DNA of 64,000 nucleotides from Candidatus Micrarchaeota archaeon (GCA_020854825.1 JAHKLY010000006.1:1-64000); one strand, 5' to 3'; positions 48,944 through 59,278 are shown, counted from the stretch's first letter. The notes: generated from the letters alone by a model not told the origin. Numbers and translations are program-made.

Positions 48944-49537
48944 ATGGCAAAAGCAACAGGACCAACATATGTAGTTCCTTTCAAAAGGAGAAGAAGCAGA
49001 ATAACTAATTACAAAAAAAGATTAGGATTAATAAAAAGTGGACTCCCAAGAATGGTAATTAGAAGTTCAAATAAAACAATTGAAGTTCAATTTGTACAAT
49101 ATGTTGAAAATGGAGATAAAATAGTTCATTCAGTTAATTCTAACACACTTAAAAAATATGGCTGGAATCCTAAAAGAAACTCCCCAACTGCATATTTAAC
49201 TTCTTTCTTATGCGCAACACAAGCAAAGAAAAAAGGAATAACAGATTTTGTTTTAGATATTGGTATGAAAACTCCTTCAAAGGGGGCAATAATTTTTATT
49301 GGAGCAAAAGGAGCATTAGACGCAGGATTAATAACTCCATTTGGAGAAGAAAAATTAATTAAAGAAAGAATAAATGGTGCTCATATTGGAGAATATGCTA
49401 AAAAACTAAAACAAGAAGATGAAAATAAATACAAAAACATATTCTCATCTTATATTAAAATGGGTATTAACCCTGAAGAAATTTCAAAAACATTTGAGGA
49501 AATAAGAGAAAAGCTCAAAAAAGGTGGTAATGAATGA
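48944..49537 (+). CDS. rpl18: 50S ribosomal protein L18
   Basis: VPFKRRR..TNYKKRL, N.PTAYLT, KGALDAGL. Confidence 0.96.
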   Translation: MAKATGPTYVVPFKRRRSRITNYKKRLGLIKSGLPRMVIRSSNKTIEVQFVQYVENGDKIVHSVNSNTLKKYGWNPKRNSPTAYLTSFLCATQAKKKGITDFVLDIGMKTPSKGAIIFIGAKGALDAGLITPFGEEKLIKERINGAHIGEYAKKLKQEDENKYKNIFSSYIKMGINPEEISKTFEEIREKLKKGGNE

Positions 49538-50172
49538 GAAGAAGAATAAATGGTAGAAGAGCATCTGCTGTTATCGATATAGGCGCATGGACACCAAAAA
49601 CAAGAATAGGAGAAAAAGTTAAAGCAGGACAAATAAATACCATCGAAGAAATTTTTGATCAAGGAAAACCCATTTTAGAAACTGAAATAGTTGATTATTT
49701 ACTTCCAAATTTAGAATATGAAGTTTTAGAGATAAGAAACACAACAAGAATGACTGATTGTGGAAGGAAAATGACATTTAGAGTTGTTGTATTAGTTGGC
49801 GATAAAAACGGCCATATTGGATTAGGAGCAGGAAAAAGTGAAGAAGTAAAACCTGCAATTGAATCTGCATTAAAAGATGCAAAGAAAAAGATAATTTCTG
49901 TTAAAAAAGGATGTGGATCTTGGGAATGTGGATGTGGAAAACCCCATTCACTACCATTCAAAACAAAAGGAAAATTAGGAAGTGTTAGTGTAGAATTATA
50001 TCCTGCACCAAAAGGTTTAGGATTAGTAGCAAACACAGTTATTAAAAAAGTATTAGAACTAGCTGGGATAAATGATGCATCAAGTGCAGCAAGAGGTAGT
50101 ACTACTAACTTATTTAATGCTGCATCAGCTACAATAATTGCATTAGACAATATTAATCATATGAAAGTATAA
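49534..50172 (+). CDS. rps5: 30S ribosomal protein S5
   Basis: WTPKTRIG, GCGSWECGC, PAPKGLGL. Confidence 0.97.
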   Translation: MRRRINGRRASAVIDIGAWTPKTRIGEKVKAGQINTIEEIFDQGKPILETEIVDYLLPNLEYEVLEIRNTTRMTDCGRKMTFRVVVLVGDKNGHIGLGAGKSEEVKPAIESALKDAKKKIISVKKGCGSWECGCGKPHSLPFKTKGKLGSVSVELYPAPKGLGLVANTVIKKVLELAGINDASSAARGSTTNLFNAASATIIALDNINHMKV

Positions 50173-50183
50173 GGGGTATATTT

Positions 50184-50612
50184 ATGAAATTAGCAATAAT
50201 TAGAGTAAGAGGATTATGGGGAATAAAACCTAAAATAAAAAATACTATGGAAAAATTAAACTTAACAAAAGTAAATCATTGTGTTATTGTAGACGACTCT
50301 CCAACATATTTGGGAATGTTAAAAATTTGCAAAGATTATGTAGCATATGGTCCCATTAGTGACACTATGATTGAAAAAGTTATTACTAAAAGAGGAAGAA
50401 AACCAGGAAACAAAAAAGTAGATATCGAAGATATATCTGGATTTGTAGAAAAATTTATACAAGGAAAAGCAGATATTAAACATTTAGGTATTAAACCAGT
50501 TTTCAGATTAACCCCTCCAAAAAAAGGATACAAAAGTATAAAACAAGCATACCCAAGGGGAGCATTAGGTAAATGGCCTAATATAGATGAATTACTAAAT
50601 AAAATGATTTAA
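50184..50612 (+). CDS. rpl30: 50S ribosomal protein L30
   Basis: AIIRVRG, FRLTPPKKG, GALG. Confidence 0.95.
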   Translation: MKLAIIRVRGLWGIKPKIKNTMEKLNLTKVNHCVIVDDSPTYLGMLKICKDYVAYGPISDTMIEKVITKRGRKPGNKKVDIEDISGFVEKFIQGKADIKHLGIKPVFRLTPPKKGYKSIKQAYPRGALGKWPNIDELLNKMI

Positions 50613-50623
50613 TTGGTGATATT

Positions 50624-51082
50624 ATGCCCATAAGAAAAAATAAAAAGAACACAAAATACTTAGGAAACAGAACTCACGGAAGAGGAGATACAAAAAGAGG
50701 TAGAGGTAAAGGAAATAAAGGAGGAATAGGAAACAGTGGTTGGAATAAACACAAATGGACTAAATGTGCAAAAAACAAAAAACAATGGATGCATGAATCA
50801 AAAGGATTTACAACTCCTGTTGATAAATCATTAGATACTATTAACGTTTTTAAAATCTCAGATATGATTGAAAAAGGAAAAATAAAAGATTCTTATGAAT
50901 TTAAAGGTAAAATTTTAGGATCTGGTGAAATAATCTTCCCAATAAAAATTAAAGCATTATCTTTTACTGAAAAGGCAAAGGAAAAAATAAAAGCAGCTGG
51001 GGGTTCAGTAGAATTAATAGTAAAAGATAAAAAGGTTGCTAATGTATTAAATGCGGAGGAGAAGCCAGATGTCAAGTCTTGA
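50624..51082 (+). CDS. rpl15: 50S ribosomal protein L15
   Basis: GNRTHGRG, GGIGNSG, KILGSG, AKEKIKAAGG. Confidence 0.95.
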   Translation: MPIRKNKKNTKYLGNRTHGRGDTKRGRGKGNKGGIGNSGWNKHKWTKCAKNKKQWMHESKGFTTPVDKSLDTINVFKISDMIEKGKIKDSYEFKGKILGSGEIIFPIKIKALSFTEKAKEKIKAAGGSVELIVKDKKVANVLNAEEKPDVKS

Positions 51083-52556
51083 TTTTTTAAAACCAATAAT
51101 ACATTTATTACCTGAAATAAAAAACCCAGATAGACCTTTAGGATTAAAAGAAAAATTAATTTGGGTAGGAATTGCTTTAGCTTTGTTTTTTATTATGTCT
51201 AATATTACTGCATTTGGTGTTGATACAAGTAATATGCAAGGATTAGAATTCTTACAAGTTGTAACTGCATCAAGCATAGGAACCTTATTAACAGCAGGTA
51301 TTGGGCCTATTGTATTGGCAAGTATATTTTTACAATTATTTAACGGAGCTGGAATACTCCATTTTGATATGCAAGACCCAGAAGATAAAAAAACATTTTT
51401 TGGAGTTCAAAAATTGTTAGCCATAATATTAGCTATTTTTGAAGGTATAATGTTCGTATTTTTGGGAAGATTAGATCTGATATCAAACACATTTTTTATG
51501 CAAACAATAGTTGTATCACAAATTGCTCTTAGTTCTATTATATTATTATATTTAGATGAAATAGTATCAAAATATGGGGTTGGTTCAGGAATTAGTCTAT
51601 TTATTGCTGCAAATGTGTCCTTCACTATAATTTCTGGGGCATTAAGTTTATTAGGTTTTAATAATCCTAATGGAGTATTACAAATACTTCAAGCAGGAGG
51701 TGCAGATGCAATACCAAATGCTATTTTATATATGACTCCATTTTACTTCACTATTATTGTATTTTTAATTATTGTATATGCTGAAGGAATGAAAGTAGAA
51801 CTTCCTTTATCATTTGGTTTAGCAAAAGGAGTGGGGGGAAGATTTCCCATAAAATTCCTTTACGTTTCAAATATACCTGTGATTTTAACAGCAGCATTAC
51901 TTCTAAATATACAATTCTTAGCGGCAGTATTACCTGCAAAGGACCAGGGAGTAATGCCAGATGGATTTGATTTAGTAGGTTCAATTGGGTGGGTAGTGAA
52001 TGTACCAAAAGGAACAATGATTAATGGAGAAGAAGAATTTTACCCAGATTTACAAGATGGATTTTTATATTTAATAACTCAACGGGGGTTGTCGCCAAAT
52101 CCTTTACTTACTGGAAGAAGTGTATTTGATCATTGGGGATTAATTTTATCTTCAAGTACTCCAATATTCAAAATACCTGAAATCATGCATTTACTTATAT
52201 ATGCGATTGTATTTACTGGATTATGTATTTTATTTGGTATGTTTTGGGTTGAAACAGCAGGCATGGGACCAAAAGATGTTGCATCACAATTACAATCTTC
52301 AGGATTCCAAATCCCAGGGTTTAGAAGAGATCCAAGAGCAATTGAAAATGTTGTAAACAGATATATTCCAGTCATAGTTATATTAGGAAGCGCATTTGTA
52401 GGCATAATTGCAGTATTAGCAGATTTAACAGGTGCATTAGGTACAGGAACAGGTATCTTATTAACTGTAGGTATTTTACACAGATTTTATGAAGAATTAA
52501 AATCCATGAATGCTTTTGGTTTACATCCTGGATTTGGAAGAATGTTTGGTATTTAA
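51069..52556 (+). CDS. secY: Preprotein translocase subunit SecY
   Basis: GIGPIVLASI, SKYGVGSGISLFIA, IPGFRRD, GTGILLTV; multiple TM helices. Confidence 0.97.
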   Translation: MSSLDFLKPIIHLLPEIKNPDRPLGLKEKLIWVGIALALFFIMSNITAFGVDTSNMQGLEFLQVVTASSIGTLLTAGIGPIVLASIFLQLFNGAGILHFDMQDPEDKKTFFGVQKLLAIILAIFEGIMFVFLGRLDLISNTFFMQTIVVSQIALSSIILLYLDEIVSKYGVGSGISLFIAANVSFTIISGALSLLGFNNPNGVLQILQAGGADAIPNAILYMTPFYFTIIVFLIIVYAEGMKVELPLSFGLAKGVGGRFPIKFLYVSNIPVILTAALLLNIQFLAAVLPAKDQGVMPDGFDLVGSIGWVVNVPKGTMINGEEEFYPDLQDGFLYLITQRGLSPNPLLTGRSVFDHWGLILSSSTPIFKIPEIMHLLIYAIVFTGLCILFGMFWVETAGMGPKDVASQLQSSGFQIPGFRRDPRAIENVVNRYIPVIVILGSAFVGIIAVLADLTGALGTGTGILLTVGILHRFYEELKSMNAFGLHPGFGRMFGI

Positions 52557-52568
52557 TTGGTGAAATAA

Positions 52569-53114
52569 ATGATAATAGTAACTGGGACTCCAGGATCAGG
52601 AAAAACGACATTAATTAATTCATTTAAAGATAAATATACAATTCTCAATTATGGAACTATTATGTTTGAAATAGCAATGGAAGAAGGGATAGTAGACGAT
52701 CGAGATGAGTTAAGAAAAATACCTTTCAAAAAACAACTAGAATTACAAAAAAAAGCAGCAAAAAAAATAGCATTAGTTGGAAAAACAAGTAATGTAATTT
52801 TAGATACTCACGCATCAATTTCAACACCTACTGGATACTATCCTGGATTAAGTAAAGAAGCATTACAAATCTTAAATCCAGATACAATAGTATTTGTATA
52901 TGTTCCATTTGAAGAATTAGTAGAAAGAATTCAAGAAGATAATTCAAGAAAAAGAGATGAATTTATTAATAAACAAAAAGTAGATGAATTAATTGAAATA
53001 TCTAAATTATTTATAGCAACTTATGCAGCTGAATGTAGTGCAAAAATAGCTTTAATTAATAACTCAGGTCCTGTTGGATCAGCAGTTCCTGAAATGAAAA
53101 AAATATTAGAATAG
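52569..53114 (+). CDS. adkA: Adenylate kinase (archaeal type)
   Basis: GTPGSGKTT, DRDELRK, DTHA...GYYPGL. Confidence 0.93.
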   Translation: MIIVTGTPGSGKTTLINSFKDKYTILNYGTIMFEIAMEEGIVDDRDELRKIPFKKQLELQKKAAKKIALVGKTSNVILDTHASISTPTGYYPGLSKEALQILNPDTIVFVYVPFEELVERIQEDNSRKRDEFINKQKVDELIEISKLFIATYAAECSAKIALINNSGPVGSAVPEMKKILE

Positions 53115-53122
53115 GTGTAAAA

Positions 53123-53605
53123 ATGGATGAATTAATAATAAATGCATTGATCATTGTTGTAATCGCAGTATTTTATTCCTGTTTTTCTTTATTTATCAAC
53201 AGAAAAATCGGAAAAAGAAAAGAAACTATGGAAATACAAGCTAAAATGAATACAATTAATAAAGAACTAAGACAAGCAATAAAAGAAAAAAATGATTCTA
53301 AAATAAAAGAATTAGAAAAACAACAAAGAGAAATCATGCCTTTGATGACAAAAGTTATGTTTAATAGTTTAAAACCAATGATTGTAATCCTTCCTGCATT
53401 TTTCATAATAATTTGGCTTGTTACATCAATAGTGCCTTCCTTTTCAATTGATTTAGGATTTGGTATTCCTATGTTCCATCCAGGAACAGTTTATGGAACA
53501 AGAGGATTTTTTGTATTAGTGACAGTTATAATAGGAATACCATTAGGTATGATTGTAAATCATTTTGATAAAAAAAGCATGGCAAATGAGAATCAAAATA
53601 ATTAA
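53123..53605 (+). CDS. EMC3/TMCO1 (DUF106) family membrane protein
   Basis: TM-coiled coil-TM-TM architecture, KPM motif, conserved position after adk. Confidence 0.88.
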   Translation: MDELIINALIIVVIAVFYSCFSLFINRKIGKRKETMEIQAKMNTINKELRQAIKEKNDSKIKELEKQQREIMPLMTKVMFNSLKPMIVILPAFFIIIWLVTSIVPSFSIDLGFGIPMFHPGTVYGTRGFFVLVTVIIGIPLGMIVNHFDKKSMANENQNN

Positions 53606-53658
53606 AAATACGTTCAATCATATTATTTATGAAATTATGTTAAAATGAGGTGGTTATA

Positions 53659-53982
53659 GTGCCAAAACCAAAAGATAGATCAAGATCAAAAAGAAAAGTA
53701 GCAGTAAAAGTCCCAGGGGGGAAAACAAAAATAATTGCAAAAAAGAAAATACATCAAGATAAACAAAGATGTGCTATTTGTAAATCTGTTCTTCAAGCTA
53801 CACATTCAGATAAAAAAATGAGTAAATCAGAAAAAAGACCAGAAAGGAAATTTGGAGGCCACCTATGCCACAAATGTTTAGATAAAGTAATAACTCAAAG
53901 TACAAGATTAAATGAAGGAATTGTTGCTATTGATGATATAGAAATACGTTTTAGACCATACGTAAAAAAACTAAGCAACTAA
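53659..53982 (+). CDS. rpl34e: 50S ribosomal protein L34e
   Basis: VPGG, CAIC, RPERKFGGHLCHKC. Confidence 0.95.
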   Translation: MPKPKDRSRSKRKVAVKVPGGKTKIIAKKKIHQDKQRCAICKSVLQATHSDKKMSKSEKRPERKFGGHLCHKCLDKVITQSTRLNEGIVAIDDIEIRFRPYVKKLSN

Positions 53983-54002
53983 CTTTTATTTTTTTTCTTT
54001 TT

Positions 54003-54962
54003 TTATTTAAATATATTCTTAGGATAGTAATTTTTGAATATTTCAGTTAAAATATAAATATCATAAAGTTTAATGATTTCTCCAAAATTTTTCCGTATAT
54101 CTATAATGAATTTTCTTAATTCCAATGAATTTGATATTATTAATCCAATATCTAAATCCCAATTTTCATGACCTAAATAATTGTAATAATAAATAACTTT
54201 TGGATGTTGTCTTAAAAACGAATATAATTTTTTATTTTCAAGAATATCTAATTTTAATTGTAAATTATACACTTCGTATCCTAATTTCTTAAAATCAATA
54301 GATATTGTATATCCTAAAATAATTTTTGATTTTTCAAGATTTTTGATTCTATATTTAATGGAATTTGGAGTTAAATTAAGTTTTTTAGCTAGTTCTACAT
54401 AACTTATTCTTGAATCATTTGAAAGTATTTTAATAATTTTTTTATCCATTTCATCTATAGTATATTCTTTTTGTTTTTTTTGTTTTTTTAATTTTGTTAG
54501 TTTATACTCTTCACCAACAAATTTAGTAGGAAAGTTTTCTTCGTGCATACCAGTTCCAGTTAATATAAATTTATCCAAATATTTCTTACACTTTTCTGTT
54601 ATGTCATTAGTTATATCTTTTAATTCTTTTTCATTTTTTGCTAAAATATCAAATGCAACATTCCATTTCCCAATAATTGGAGATAAATACATTATGGAAT
54701 TATGATTTATTAAATATTTAATGATTATTTCTTCTTGCTCTAACGATATTCCTTTAAATTGTATAAAACACCCATATTTTTTATAGCCTAGTTTTTTGAA
54801 ATCAATTAAAGTAGTAAAATCTTTAATAAATGTATATTTTAATTTATTAATTCTATAATTTGCAACCTCTCTACTTATGTTTACTTTTTTTGCTAACTTA
54901 TTCGTAGATTCTCTTGAATTTAATAATAATTCTTTTAGTATTTTCTCGTCTTTTTTATCCAT
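54003..54962 (-). CDS. Double-domain Lrp/AsnC family transcriptional regulator
   Basis: Two DxxDxKILxxLxxxSR HTH plus RAM units (IDFKKLGY twice). Confidence 0.92.
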   Translation of the reverse strand: MDKKDEKILKELLLNSRESTNKLAKKVNISREVANYRINKLKYTFIKDFTTLIDFKKLGYKKYGCFIQFKGISLEQEEIIIKYLINHNSIMYLSPIIGKWNVAFDILAKNEKELKDITNDITEKCKKYLDKFILTGTGMHEENFPTKFVGEEYKLTKLKKQKKQKEYTIDEMDKKIIKILSNDSRISYVELAKKLNLTPNSIKYRIKNLEKSKIILGYTISIDFKKLGYEVYNLQLKLDILENKKLYSFLRQHPKVIYYYNYLGHENWDLDIGLIISNSLELRKFIIDIRKNFGEIIKLYDIYILTEIFKNYYPKNIFK

Positions 54963-55111
54963 ATTTTACATTTATTAATATAAAAGTATATAAATGTTTC
55001 AGTTATGTAAAATTTTAGACAATAACTTTTATATATTTAAAAATACCTATTAATATCAGGAGGTTAGTTTAATTACTAAACCTTACTAAACTGATGTAGG
55101 AGGTAATTGAT

Positions 55112-55516
55112 ATGGCACTTTGCGGATTTAATGAAAAAATGTTAAAAGGTTTAACTGCGTTTAATGAAGGTCTGGTAGAACACGGCCTTTTGTATAGGTC
55201 TAAGAAGAATGGGGAAACTTTAGATCAGGCTGTAAAAAGAGAATTATCTGATATGACACGTTTATTACAAGAAATAAATAGAATAGATGATACTGAAAAA
55301 AGAATACTTGCTGAAGGATTAGTAAAATATGCAATGAGTTTTTATCTAATCATGAGAATGAAAGGTGTTGATAATATTGAATCAGATTACAAAGAAACAA
55401 TAGGAAAAATTAGTAATTATTTCTTTGAAATGGATAAGAAATATTATGATGAGTTAGAAGGAAAATCTGATGATATGAGAAAACTCATAGAACATTTAGA
55501 TAAAATAAAGATATAA
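55112..55516 (+). CDS. Hypothetical protein
   Basis: Strong AGGAGGT RBS; 134-aa helical ORF divergent from the Lrp gene. Confidence 0.85.
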   Translation: MALCGFNEKMLKGLTAFNEGLVEHGLLYRSKKNGETLDQAVKRELSDMTRLLQEINRIDDTEKRILAEGLVKYAMSFYLIMRMKGVDNIESDYKETIGKISNYFFEMDKKYYDELEGKSDDMRKLIEHLDKIKI

Positions 55517-55544
55517 TTTATTCATATCTTCTTTTCCATATTTT

Positions 55545-56768
55545 TTATAGCCTAGAATACCAAATATAAAATGGAAGTTTTATTATTTCATCATATGAAG
55601 AAATATCTAATCCATTGTACACTACAACTTTATGAAACTTATTGTTTTCTTTTTTAAATTGTTTAAAGTCTTTATTCTTAGATCCAATTTCTATTAAATA
55701 ATTTTTCCAAATAAAATCTATTTGTCCATAATAAATATCTTCAAAATTTGATGCAAAAATATCTTCCATTAAATATCCGGAATATGTCTCTTCTGAAACT
55801 AATGATTTTTTAGCATAATACTCTCTAATTGCAGGAACTGTAAAATAATATTTCCATTGTTTTCTCCCAATAGTCTTTCCTTTTTTATATGGATAAACCT
55901 TTTTTATTAATTCAGTCTTTTCTAATAAAGACAGCATATTACCAATAGTACTCTTTGATACTTCTAAATCCTTTGACAAATTTTCATAATTAGTTTCAGT
56001 TGAAGCAGATAAAATAAGAATTAATCTTTCAAATTTAGACAAGTTAGAAGTTTCTATATTCTCTATTTTAGAGATATCTAAAAATATTGCTTTATCTACT
56101 AAATCTGGTAAAGATGATTTTTCACCTTCTAAAAGATATACTAAATTATTGCGGATATATTCATTAACAATATCTAATATTTTTATCTCTCCCAATATCT
56201 CTTTGAAATATAAATCATAATTAAATGCACTCTTCAATAAATCATTTTTTTCTATCCTAAATTGTTTAAGTTTTTTATTATATTTAATCATCACATATTC
56301 TCTAAAACTTAAAGGTAGGATATGGATATATTTTGCTCTTCTTGCCAGTATCTCTTTTGATTTAATAAGGTTTAAAGAAGAGGAACCAGTAATATAAAAT
56401 TTCATCTTAGGATAAGAATCATAAGAAATTTTAATAATTTTTTCCCACTCTTCAATCACATTTATTTCATCGATAAATACTATTGCATCTTTTCCAAATA
56501 AATACTCTACCCCATCTATAACTTTTTTTAAATTTAAATCTATTAATTTTAAATCTTCAGCATTCAAATAAATTCGTTTATCTTTATTGCTTTCTAGATA
56601 TTTTTGAAATAAAAGAGTAGTTTTTCCTGAACCTCTTATACCATACAATACATTTAATCTACTGGATAATTCTGGATATATGAATCTCTTTTGATAATTT
56701 TTATAGTATTGACTAGTTTTTTCGAATTTCAATTTTTCATTTTGTAATACTTTTATTATTTCTTCCAT
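55545..56768 (-). CDS. AAA+ ATPase (AAA_14 / DUF4143, COG1373-like)
   Basis: GIRGSGKTT, FIDEI, ITGSSS, PLSFREY, wHTH, KYYF, IDF..LIEIG. Confidence 0.9.
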   Translation of the reverse strand: MEEIIKVLQNEKLKFEKTSQYYKNYQKRFIYPELSSRLNVLYGIRGSGKTTLLFQKYLESNKDKRIYLNAEDLKLIDLNLKKVIDGVEYLFGKDAIVFIDEINVIEEWEKIIKISYDSYPKMKFYITGSSSLNLIKSKEILARRAKYIHILPLSFREYVMIKYNKKLKQFRIEKNDLLKSAFNYDLYFKEILGEIKILDIVNEYIRNNLVYLLEGEKSSLPDLVDKAIFLDISKIENIETSNLSKFERLILILSASTETNYENLSKDLEVSKSTIGNMLSLLEKTELIKKVYPYKKGKTIGRKQWKYYFTVPAIREYYAKKSLVSEETYSGYLMEDIFASNFEDIYYGQIDFIWKNYLIEIGSKNKDFKQFKKENNKFHKVVVYNGLDISSYDEIIKLPFYIWYSRL

Positions 56769-56800
56769 ACATATCTATAGTTAGCAAAATTTATAAACTT

Positions 56801-56926
56801 TTTGAAAAAACAAAAACCGTATTTTTAAACATTTGAAAAAACAAACTTGTAAAAATCTATGTTTTTTGGCTATTTTGTCTTTTTGAAAAAACAAAAACAG
56901 CATTTTTAAACATTTGAAAAAACAAA
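56801..56926. repeat. Four copies of TTTGAAAAAACAAA forming two 45-bp direct repeats
   Basis: Copies start at 56801, 56832, 56882 and 56913, immediately upstream of the AAA ATPase TATA box. Confidence 0.85.
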
Positions 56927-57009
56927 ATTAAAAAACATAATTAAATAGATTTGTTATAAATAACTTAAAAAACATCTTGTTTTTATTATTTTCTCTTTTT
57001 ATTATATAT

Positions 57010-57552
57010 ATGATAATATGTATAACCGGTTTTACAGCAACTGGAAAAGACACAACTGCAGATTATATTGCTAAAAAACTAAATTTACCTAGAGTTAATT
57101 ATACATTCAAAGATATGGCTAAAGAAAGGGGAATTGATTTAATAGAATTACAAAAGATAGCATCTCAGGATGATGGGGAAATAGATAAAGAATTTGACAA
57201 AAAACAGGTTGAAGAAGCACAGAGATTAAAAAGAGAAAAAGGAGGGTGTGTAGTTTCCACTTGGATTGCACCTTGGATGATAAAAAATGTAGATTTTAAG
57301 ATTTACTTATATGCAACAGAAGAAGAAAGAATAAAAAGAGTATTAAAACGAGGAGACAGACAAACAAAAGAAGAAGCTAAAAGATATCTGAAAGAAAAGG
57401 ATTGGAATAATATTGATAGATATAAAAAATATTATGACATTGATATAAGAGATATATCTAACTTTGATTATGTTTTGGATGGTACACACTTATCAATAGA
57501 AGAACAAAATGAAAAAGTATTAACAGAAATTAAAAAGAAATTCGATTTATAA
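57010..57552 (+). CDS. cmk: Cytidylate kinase (archaeal type)
   Basis: IICITG..ATGK.T, FKDMAKERG, IDKEFD, RYKKYYDIDI.D.S.FD. Confidence 0.9.
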   Translation: MIICITGFTATGKDTTADYIAKKLNLPRVNYTFKDMAKERGIDLIELQKIASQDDGEIDKEFDKKQVEEAQRLKREKGGCVVSTWIAPWMIKNVDFKIYLYATEEERIKRVLKRGDRQTKEEAKRYLKEKDWNNIDRYKKYYDIDIRDISNFDYVLDGTHLSIEEQNEKVLTEIKKKFDL

Positions 57553-57603
57553 AATATGAAAAACATATTTAAATCTTAGTTTTATTAATTAAATAGTGAA
57601 TCT

Positions 57604-58062
57604 ATGGAAAAAATGTTATTTTTAATATTACTAATATCCCTCAATTTCATCGTTTCGGTTGAGTTTGAACCAGAAATTAAATTAGAAATACTTCCTTATT
57701 GCTATGGAAGTAATACTTTAATAAAACTAGAAGAATCTTACTTAGACAAAGATGAAATTATTCAGTGGAAACCATATGAAAACGCAACTGTTTTAATAAA
57801 ACACTTTGGATATATAATAAATTCTGATACAACAAATTCACAAGGATACATAACATATAAATTTCCAAGTGCAAATATATATGGAATAAATGTATTAAAG
57901 GAAAATTATCCAAGATATGAATTTACTGAAATTTTATTAAGAAACTGTTTAGTTACTCCTTATATTCCCCCCGAAAGGGAACCATATATACACATTCCCC
58001 CTGTAGTAAACCCACCAGAAATTTTTTCTTTAAAATGGTATAGATTGTTTATGTTTTGGTAA
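57604..58062 (+). CDS. Secreted hypothetical protein
   Basis: Signal peptide; ENATV..TTNSQG prealbumin-like module; Pro-rich tail. Confidence 0.7.
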   Translation: MEKMLFLILLISLNFIVSVEFEPEIKLEILPYCYGSNTLIKLEESYLDKDEIIQWKPYENATVLIKHFGYIINSDTTNSQGYITYKFPSANIYGINVLKENYPRYEFTEILLRNCLVTPYIPPEREPYIHIPPVVNPPEIFSLKWYRLFMFW

Positions 58063-58111
58063 TTCCCTAAGTTTAAAAAAACAACTAATCAATATAGATA
58101 TGGAGATAAAT

Positions 58112-59278
58112 ATGAAAATAGCTATTATAGGAGATACACATTTTGGATATAAACGATTTCAAGAAGATAGTTTTTCTCAAGGTGCAGAATCTATTTTATC
58201 TGCATATGAAAAAGCAGAGATGATAATTTTAGCAGGAGATATATTTGATACAAAAATTCCAACTATGGAAACTATAGGAGAAACAGTCACTATTTTTGAA
58301 ATTTTAAAAAATAAAGATTGGGAAGTTAAATATTCAAATGATATATCTAAAATCCCTATTGCTGCTATCCATGGAACACATGAAAGAAGAACAAAAGGAA
58401 GCTTAAATCCAATCCAACTACTTGCTAAGATGAACTATTTAATAGATGTAGATAATAACTGCTCTATCTTTGATTTAAACGAAGAAAAAGTATGTATACA
58501 AGGAATGGGAGGAGTACCTGATGAATTCGCTAAAAACACTTTAAGGGCCTTAGAATTAAAACCTAAAGAAGGAATGTTTAATATATTGGTTTTACATCAA
58601 TCTATAAAAGAATTCATGTATATAGGCGAAAAAACCTCTTCTTTGATATCTTTAAATGATCTACCCCAAGGTTTTGATTTATATATAAATGGCCATATTC
58701 ATGATTATAAAACTGGATTAGAAGGTAAATTTATTATCCCCGGGAGTACAGTAGTTACTCAATTAAAGCCAAACGAACAAGGAGATAAAGGATATGTAAT
58801 TTATGATACAAATACAAAAACACATGAATTTATCCCTATAAAAACTAGAAATTTTAAATTTAAAGAATTAACTTTTGAAGAAGCGAATATAACAGATATA
58901 GAGAACAAATGTAGAAAAACAATAGAAGAAGCAATACAGCAATACAAAGAAAAACCAATTATTAAAATCAATTTAAAAGGAAATTTGAAAAAAGGATTAG
59001 AAACAAAAGATTTGGATTTATCTTTTCAAAAGGAATACAAAGATAAATGCTTTTTATTCATTTCAAATGAATTAAATTCTGAAAGTTTAAAACAAAAAAT
59101 AGACAAAATAAGAGAAATAAGAGAAGAAAAAAAATCAATTAAAGATTTTGGCGCTTTAATATTCGGTGAAAAACTAAAAAATGCCGGAATAGAATTAAAC
59201 AACCCAGGCGCTGTTTTAGATGAGCTCACAGATAAACCTGAACAGATAATAGAAAGGATAAAATCCCAAGAGGATTAA
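58112..59278 (+). CDS. mre11: DNA double-strand break repair nuclease Mre11/SbcD
   Basis: DTHFG, AGDIFD, HGTHE, HQ, GHIH, PGS metallophosphoesterase motifs. Confidence 0.9.
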   Translation: MKIAIIGDTHFGYKRFQEDSFSQGAESILSAYEKAEMIILAGDIFDTKIPTMETIGETVTIFEILKNKDWEVKYSNDISKIPIAAIHGTHERRTKGSLNPIQLLAKMNYLIDVDNNCSIFDLNEEKVCIQGMGGVPDEFAKNTLRALELKPKEGMFNILVLHQSIKEFMYIGEKTSSLISLNDLPQGFDLYINGHIHDYKTGLEGKFIIPGSTVVTQLKPNEQGDKGYVIYDTNTKTHEFIPIKTRNFKFKELTFEEANITDIENKCRKTIEEAIQQYKEKPIIKINLKGNLKKGLETKDLDLSFQKEYKDKCFLFISNELNSESLKQKIDKIREIREEKKSIKDFGALIFGEKLKNAGIELNNPGAVLDELTDKPEQIIERIKSQED

